64,000 bases of DNA, from assembly GCA_965226585.1 (NCBI GenBank), contig OZ245366.1:480001-544000 (forward strand), given 5' to 3'. Position numbers and translations under genes: made by a program. Origin of the DNA: Thermodesulfobacteriota bacterium (GTDB lineage Bacteria > Desulfobacterota_D > UBA1144 > Nemesobacterales > Mycalebacteriaceae). Below the pieces are notes generated by a model. It searched no databases, was not told the DNA's origin, and saw nothing but the letters and a program-made list of their open reading frames with translations. This document shows positions 57,920 through 64,000 of this stretch, one piece after another (within the stretch, counting starts at the first letter, position 1; each line of letters starts with the position of its first letter).

Positions 57920-60861
57920 ATCTTTTTTCTTACATAGAAAGTGCGCACGGTTTCAAGGTCGCTTGTGTCTTTCGCGGTTATTTTCATCTCGTTTATTCCG
58001 TCTTCAAGCGGAACGGTGAAACTGAAACTGCGCTCTTTTTCCCTGGAATTAATTATGTGTATTTTGTCGTCATTGTTAAAAAACGAAATGTTGACCACCA
58101 TCTCCATGTCTTTTACCGTGCCGCTTATTTCTATCTCGTTTTTGTCCGTTACGGAAACGTGCTTGTCAATACTTATAACGGGTGAACCCTCAAACTCGTA
58201 TTTCAGCCCCGGGCGCGGTCTTCTGCTTTCAAGAGGGGATGTGAGCGCGGTTTTTATCCAGCCCGCTCTTTTTCTGCCGGTTTTTATTTTCAGCCACTCC
58301 CCGGCATTCCCCCGGACGCGATATGAGCTTCCCGCCTTTGCCAGAAAAACCGGAACAGCCCCGTCAAATCCGCCGCCCAGAATTTCCGTGTCTTCGGGAA
58401 TTTTTACCGACCCCCTTTTGCCGGAAAACTCCTCTCCTTTTTCTATGGGAACGGTTATGCCGTAAATTGCTGAAAAACCGGATTCAAAATCGTTTGCCAT
58501 AAGTTCAAATTCCGCCTCTTCGGGAATTTTATCGCCTTCCCCTTTTTCAAAATGAAACCTCATTGCCACGTCTTCCTCTTCACCGGGTTTTATTTCCCCT
58601 ATTTCTTCAATGGCTTTTTCAAGAAACAGTTTTTCACCCGATTTGTTTTTAAGGTAAAGCCCCAAATCCTCGCTGACTCCGAGCCCCGTGTTTTTTATTC
58701 TGAACAGAAGCGTGATTGTTTCATCCGCCGATATCCGTCCGTCTCCGTTTCCTTTTGAGCCGAACCTTCCGTCATCAACTATTTCGTAGTTGTAACTGAT
58801 TGCCGGCATATCCCTTTCCTCCACCGCAACCGTGAATGTTTGTGAGAAAACCTCTTTTCCCGAAGAGTCAAAAAATCTTATCACGCACTCGTCATCGCGG
58901 GCGCGGGCGTTTTTCGGGATTTTCACCCCGGATTTCCATCCGGCATTTTCGCCCGGAGAGATTTTTCCGAAAATAAACTCCCTGCCGTCAAAAAGAAAGT
59001 TTTCAGAATCGGTAACCGCCGTGAGTTTATAAACGGGATCGCCGCCGAGATTTTCAACCTTGATTTGCAGTTCCGCTTCTTCGCCCGCTTTGAATACTCT
59101 GCTCTCCGGAGATATTGTTACCTTGAGGTCGGCTTTTTTTATTTCCCCTTCCGTCTTTTTGCCGTCATCAGACCAGTCCACTTTGAATTCTTCCAGTTTT
59201 TCTTTTATCCGTCCGTTTTCCTCTTCTCTTATGCTCTCAAGAACCCGCGAGGCGGTTTGAAGCATGTCGCTTCTGTCAACGCCCTTTGATTCCGTAATTA
59301 TGCGCCGCGCCGCGAGTATAAGCGGGTCTTTTTCCCAATTCTTTCTTTTCTCTTTTTTATCCGGATTCCGGGGCAGGTCGTCATCGTCTTCATCGTATTC
59401 CCGCGTGAGGGATTCATTCAGAATTTTGAACGCGTAGGACGGAGGCTCCGGTTCGCGGTGCATTTTGTCGTCAATATAATCCTTGCGGTATTGCTCAAGC
59501 CGGAACTCAAACTCAGGCGTTTTGTATATCGCCATATCTTCAGAAAAATCCACCTCTTCAATAAATATGTCGGGGGTTATTCCAACCTTGTGTATGGATA
59601 TGTCTCCCGGTATCAGATATTTGGCTATCGTGAGTTTGAAGGCGGAGCCGTCTGAAAGTTCAACTATGTCTTGAATGGAGCCCTTGCCGAATGTTTTTGT
59701 TCCCATTGTGAGGGCTCTGTCATTTTCTTTCAGGGCTCCCGTTACAATTTCAGACGCGCTTGCCGAGCCGGAGTTTACCAGCACAACCGTTTTTTCCCGC
59801 AATTCAAAACGGCTTCGTCCGGAGGCGGGATAGGGGTTTATTTCATCGCCCTTTTTCACGCTGAAAACAGTTCCGTATTTAAGAAAAAGGTCTGATATTT
59901 CCGCCGCCTGATTAAGAAGCCCGCCGGGGTTGTCTCTGAAATCAAGAATTATTCCCGTGAGTCTCTCTTTCTTTTTTCGTTTTATCAGGGCTTCAACCGC
60001 GCTTTCCGTAGTGTTTCTCTGAAAGTTTTTAATTTTGAGATAGAGAATGCCGTCTGAAAAAAGATGCTCTTCAACGCTCTCTATTTTTATCACGTCTCTG
60101 ACTATCGTAAGCAGTTTGGGTTTTGTCAGGGAATCCCTGAGAATTCTTATGTTGACGGGCTTGCCCTTGGGACCCCTCAGTTTGCTGACCGCCTCTTCAA
60201 TGGACATATTCACGGTGGATTCGTTTTCTATCTGAACTATTTTGTCGCCCGATTTCATGCCCGCCCTGTAAGCGGGAGTGTCTTCAATTGGAGACACGAC
60301 TGTTATCCACCCTTTCCGGGAACTGATTACAATTCCGAGCCCCGTAAAACTGCCCTCGGTTTCAACCTTAAACTCTTTGTATTCCCTCGGCGGAATTATG
60401 CGCGTGTGCCTGTCCACGGCGGAAAACATTCCGTTTACCATCGCGTACTCTATGTCTCCGCCGTTTTCTTCTCCGCTGTCCGCATTTTTATGGACAAAGG
60501 AAAACGCCTGAGATGATATTTTTTCAAGGTCGTTCCACGAGCGCGGGTCTCTGTATCTGAAACTCTTTTTGTTCTGTCCGACCACCAGTTCGAATTTGCG
60601 CCCATCTTCGGGCCAGTCAACAAGAACTTCGTCTATGTTGGTTTCCAGATTGTTCAGCCCTTTTTTGAGCATTTCGGGGAAATCCGCCTCGGATTTGTAA
60701 AAGAATCTCTGCCGCGCGATTTCAAAAACCCTTGCCATGATTTTCGGAGAGGTTTTTTCCTCCGCGCCCGCGCCGGAAACCAAAAGCATTGCCGCGCAAA
60801 GATGCGCGCAGGCAAGCGCGAACACCGTCTGTTTTCTCAATCTTCTCAATACAAACCTCAT
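57916..60861 (-). CDS. S41 carboxyl-terminal protease with PDZ domain and long beta-rich C-terminal extension
   Basis: GLGI PDZ, DFRDNPGGLL, SASASEI, TFGKGSIQ. Confidence 0.88.
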   Translation of the reverse strand: MRFVLRRLRKQTVFALACAHLCAAMLLVSGAGAEEKTSPKIMARVFEIARQRFFYKSEADFPEMLKKGLNNLETNIDEVLVDWPEDGRKFELVVGQNKKSFRYRDPRSWNDLEKISSQAFSFVHKNADSGEENGGDIEYAMVNGMFSAVDRHTRIIPPREYKEFKVETEGSFTGLGIVISSRKGWITVVSPIEDTPAYRAGMKSGDKIVQIENESTVNMSIEEAVSKLRGPKGKPVNIRILRDSLTKPKLLTIVRDVIKIESVEEHLFSDGILYLKIKNFQRNTTESAVEALIKRKKKERLTGIILDFRDNPGGLLNQAAEISDLFLKYGTVFSVKKGDEINPYPASGRSRFELREKTVVLVNSGSASASEIVTGALKENDRALTMGTKTFGKGSIQDIVELSDGSAFKLTIAKYLIPGDISIHKVGITPDIFIEEVDFSEDMAIYKTPEFEFRLEQYRKDYIDDKMHREPEPPSYAFKILNESLTREYDEDDDDLPRNPDKKEKRKNWEKDPLILAARRIITESKGVDRSDMLQTASRVLESIREEENGRIKEKLEEFKVDWSDDGKKTEGEIKKADLKVTISPESRVFKAGEEAELQIKVENLGGDPVYKLTAVTDSENFLFDGREFIFGKISPGENAGWKSGVKIPKNARARDDECVIRFFDSSGKEVFSQTFTVAVEERDMPAISYNYEIVDDGRFGSKGNGDGRISADETITLLFRIKNTGLGVSEDLGLYLKNKSGEKLFLEKAIEEIGEIKPGEEEDVAMRFHFEKGEGDKIPEEAEFELMANDFESGFSAIYGITVPIEKGEEFSGKRGSVKIPEDTEILGGGFDGAVPVFLAKAGSSYRVRGNAGEWLKIKTGRKRAGWIKTALTSPLESRRPRPGLKYEFEGSPVISIDKHVSVTDKNEIEISGTVKDMEMVVNISFFNNDDKIHIINSREKERSFSFTVPLEDGINEMKITAKDTSDLETVRTFYVRKKI

Positions 60862-60917
60862 ACGGGGGAAGCCGTGTATAATATCACAATCTGTTTTTTT
60901 ATAATAGAGTTTTCCGG

Positions 60918-62096
60918 ATGGAAGTTCTTGTTCACTACGGAGATTTGTCCCTCAAGGGAAGGAACCGGGGCGACTTTGTCAGCCGCCTCGCAAACAACAT
61001 AAGACTTGCCACAGGCGGAAGATGCGAAGAGCACAGAGAGCGCATCATTTTGCGCGGCGGAGACCCTTCAAAACTGAAAGACATTTTCGGAATATCGTGG
61101 TACGCGCCCTGCTTCACCTGCGGGAAAAAAATGGATGAGATAGTTCCGCTTTGCGTAAAAGAGACGGAAAACGAGATTGCCCGGCGCGGCGGGAAGGATA
61201 AAACATTTGCCGTCTTCGCAAAACGCGCGGACAAAGACTTTCCCCTGAAATCGTCTGAAATAGAGGCGGAAGTTGGCGAGAAGATACGCCGGGGTTTCGG
61301 TCTGGAGGTCAACATAAAGTCTCCCGATTTACAGGTGCATATCAGAATAGACCGCGACACGGCGCGTCTGCATTTTGAGAGAAATCCCGGAGCCGGCGGT
61401 CTTCCGGTTGGCGTTTCCGCGCCGCTTCTCTGCCTGCTTTCGGGCGGAATAGACTCTCCGGTTGCATCATTTCTCGCCATGAAACGGGGCTGCGCGGTGG
61501 ATTTTCTCCACTTCCACGTTTTTCCCGACTCAGTTCCCGTGCGCGGCACAAAGATTGCCGACATATCCGGTGAACTGGAACGCTATCAGCCGGAGTCAAA
61601 GATGTTTCTCGCGTCCTACAAGTATTTTCAGGCGGGCGCGCTTGCGTCTTTTCCGAAGTCGGAAATATTCAGGGGTTACGAACTTGTTCTTTTCAGAAGG
61701 TTTATGCTGAAAGTGGCGGAAGGGATTTTACAAAAGCGCGGATACGGCGGCGTTGTTACGGGAGACTGCATAGGGCAGGTGGCTTCGCAGACCGTTGAAA
61801 ACATGGCTTGCGCCGCAGTCGGGCTTGACTGCCTCGTTATGAGTCCGCTTCTGGGTTTTGACAAGAACGAAATCGTGGAAACCGCCCGCCGTATCGGAAC
61901 CTACGGACACAGCACACAGCCCTACAACGAATGCTGTTCAATAGTCTCGCCGTCTCCCCGGACGCGGTGCCGCGCTTCGGTTTTACGGCGGCTTGAGGAA
62001 GATGTTTCAATGAACGCTCTTGTCGCGTCAACCCTTGAAAATATTGAGGAGTTTGCTCCCGCATCGTTACAGGAGGAGAAAAGTGAAACGGGTTAG
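60918..62096 (+). CDS. thiI: tRNA 4-thiouridine(8) synthase (no rhodanese domain)
   Basis: THUMP domain, GGLPVG, LLSGGIDSPVA, GQVASQT. Confidence 0.92.
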   Translation: MEVLVHYGDLSLKGRNRGDFVSRLANNIRLATGGRCEEHRERIILRGGDPSKLKDIFGISWYAPCFTCGKKMDEIVPLCVKETENEIARRGGKDKTFAVFAKRADKDFPLKSSEIEAEVGEKIRRGFGLEVNIKSPDLQVHIRIDRDTARLHFERNPGAGGLPVGVSAPLLCLLSGGIDSPVASFLAMKRGCAVDFLHFHVFPDSVPVRGTKIADISGELERYQPESKMFLASYKYFQAGALASFPKSEIFRGYELVLFRRFMLKVAEGILQKRGYGGVVTGDCIGQVASQTVENMACAAVGLDCLVMSPLLGFDKNEIVETARRIGTYGHSTQPYNECCSIVSPSPRTRCRASVLRRLEEDVSMNALVASTLENIEEFAPASLQEEKSETG

Positions 62097-63789
62097 GGTG
62101 GCTCTGTGCCAGATGAACTGCCGCGTGGGCGCGATAGGGCGAAATGTTTCCGCCATCAGGCGAAACACCGAAAAAGCCATCGCTTCGGGCGCAGACATCG
62201 TCTGTTTTCCCGAACTGGCGGTTTGCGGCTATCAGCCCGAAGACCTTTTGCTCAAGCCCGCGTTTATAGAGAAAAACATTCAGGGGATGAAGGAACTGAA
62301 AAAAGCCGCTTATCCCGTAACGATGGTGTTCGGTTTCGTTGAGCGCGGCGGCACAAAAAAATCGCCCTTAATCCATAACGCCGCCGCAGTTGTTTCAGGC
62401 GGGCGCGTTTCCGGAATCTACCGCAAAAACCGGCTTCCGAACTACGGCGTTTTTGACGAAAGCCGCTACTTTGAGAGCGGCAAAGACGCTCCCGTTTTTG
62501 AAGGCGGCGGCTTCAGGGCGGGGGTAACGATATGCGAAGACATCTGGTTTGCAGACGGTCCCGCCGCCGCAATGGCTGAGCGCGGGGCGGATTTGATAAT
62601 CAACCTTTCCGCCTCTCCCTACGCCATCGGCAAACCGCAGGCAAGGGAGAAAATGCTTTCAAAAAGGGCGAAATCGGCGGGCGTTCCGCTTGCCTTTTGC
62701 AATCTTGCGGGCGGACAGGACGAACTGGTTTTTGACGGGCACAGCGTCTTTCTGGACGCTCGCGGGAAGGTTACGGCGCGGGCGCGGGGCTTTGGTGAAG
62801 ACATGATATTCGGTGATTTTGAGATTCCCCGGCGGGGAAAGAAAAAACTGCAGAGCGCGGAATACAAAATAAAATCCCCGTCCGCGAAAGAAAAATCCCC
62901 CGCGCCCCCCCGTATGGAGAGGTTCACGGAAAAAGAGGATGAGATATTTTCCGCCCTTGTGCTCGGCACACGCGACTATGTGGAGAAAAACGGCTTCAAG
63001 TCCGTTGTTCTCGGTCTGTCGGGCGGGATAGATTCCGCCCTTGTGGCGGCGGTTGCCGTTGAGGCTCTGGGGGCGGAAAAGGTTGCGGCGGTCAATATGC
63101 CGTCTGTTTTCAGTTCCTCTCCGGGCATCAGGGATTCAGAAAAAGTTGCCCGCAACCTGAACATAGAACTCCTTTCCGTCCCGATACAAGACATCGTTGA
63201 CTCCTACCGCAAAAATGTGTCCGCGCCTTTCAAACTTCACTCAGGCGAGAAATCAAGCCCCGCCCTTGAAAACATACAGGCGCGGGTGAGGGGAAACATA
63301 CTTATGGCGTTTTCCAACCGCTTCGGGTGGCTTGTGCTGACAACCGGCAACAAAAGCGAACTCAGCATAGGCTACTCAACGCTCTACGGCGACACCGCCG
63401 GAGGCTTCGCGGTCATAAAAGACGTGAAGAAAACCCTTGTGTACGACCTTGCCCGCTTTTACAACCGCAAGCGCGGTTTTGACGCCATCACAAACTCCGT
63501 GATTGAAAGACCTCCGTCCGCAGAACTTAAAAGGGGGCAGCTTGACTCGGATGAACTCCCGCCCTACGAAGTTCTGGACGAGATACTGAAACACTATGTT
63601 GAGCGAGACAGGAGCGTAGCCGAAACGGTTGCCCTTTCGGGCATGGGAGTGAAAACGGTTCGCAAGGTTATAGACATGGTGGACAGGAACGAATACAAAA
63701 GAAGGCAAAGTCCGCCGGGCATCAAACTGACCGACAAGGCGTTTGGCAAAGACCGCCGCATGCCGATAACAAACCTCTACCGAAACTGA
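62083..63789 (+). CDS. nadE: Glutamine-dependent NAD+ synthetase
   Basis: Nitrilase-fold FPEL, LPNYGVFDE, ICED; GLSGGIDS, ENIQAR, TTGNKSE, PPSAEL. GTG start at 62083. Confidence 0.96.
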   Translation: MKRVRVALCQMNCRVGAIGRNVSAIRRNTEKAIASGADIVCFPELAVCGYQPEDLLLKPAFIEKNIQGMKELKKAAYPVTMVFGFVERGGTKKSPLIHNAAAVVSGGRVSGIYRKNRLPNYGVFDESRYFESGKDAPVFEGGGFRAGVTICEDIWFADGPAAAMAERGADLIINLSASPYAIGKPQAREKMLSKRAKSAGVPLAFCNLAGGQDELVFDGHSVFLDARGKVTARARGFGEDMIFGDFEIPRRGKKKLQSAEYKIKSPSAKEKSPAPPRMERFTEKEDEIFSALVLGTRDYVEKNGFKSVVLGLSGGIDSALVAAVAVEALGAEKVAAVNMPSVFSSSPGIRDSEKVARNLNIELLSVPIQDIVDSYRKNVSAPFKLHSGEKSSPALENIQARVRGNILMAFSNRFGWLVLTTGNKSELSIGYSTLYGDTAGGFAVIKDVKKTLVYDLARFYNRKRGFDAITNSVIERPPSAELKRGQLDSDELPPYEVLDEILKHYVERDRSVAETVALSGMGVKTVRKVIDMVDRNEYKRRQSPPGIKLTDKAFGKDRRMPITNLYRN

Positions 63790-63877
63790 CTCCGTGTTTT
63801 TGAAATAAGGCGGGTTTTCTGTTAGCTTAAAACCCCTGAAATTGTAGTTGGAGTTTCCCGCGACAAAGGGGTGATTT

Positions 63878-64000
63878 ATGGGTTTTTCCTTTGAGAAACA
63901 AGGTCTTTATGACCCCTCTTTTGAGCACGATTCGTGCGGAGTGGGTTTTATTGCCAACATAAAGGGCGTAAAATCGCGCTCCATCGTGGCGGACGCCCTG
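63878..64000 (+). CDS. gltB: Glutamate synthase large subunit, N-terminus (runs off window end)
   Basis: MGFSFEKQGLYDPSFEHDSCGVGFIANIKG. Confidence 0.93.
   Translation, partial: MGFSFEKQGLYDPSFEHDSCGVGFIANIKGVKSRSIVADAL

Noticed and set aside
13408..64000. Apparent scarcity of GATC, TCGA and CTAG in core genes
   Set aside because: Visual impression only; it needs Markov-normalised tetranucleotide counts before any link to R-M specificity.

Overview
Bacterial chromosomal window. The core gene set and order (tRNA-Val next to thrS-infC-rpmI-rplT, long S41 protease, gcvTHP, mfd, leuB, truA, thiI, nadE, gltB) suggest a deltaproteobacteria-like lineage such as Dadabacteria; this is an inference, not a search result. 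Three AT-richer, integrase-free defence islets interrupt the housekeeping backbone. (1) About 1.6-13.3 kb: a type I R-M locus whose HsdM carries an N-terminal XRE-HTH, with a perfect palindrome in its promoter, interleaved with NYN RNase (preceded by its own promoter and a hairpin RNA), Fic, 3-TM, SIR2-like and M48 genes. (2) About 30.5-35.6 kb: a TdeIII-like type II R-M pair, then an unexplained two-gene module (a protein with HK97 capsid-fold-like motifs plus a PD-QxK nuclease-domain protein), then a Fic gene with operator repeats. (3) About 40.3-43.6 kb: cargo behind two tRNA-Val genes, including a second R-M pair, a 3-TM protein and a Pro-rich micro-ORF. There is also a Zur-box-controlled znuA/zur/znuCB locus with a His/Glu-rich outer-membrane protein and a small HMA metal cluster. 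All functional calls come from motifs read by eye; no database searches were run.
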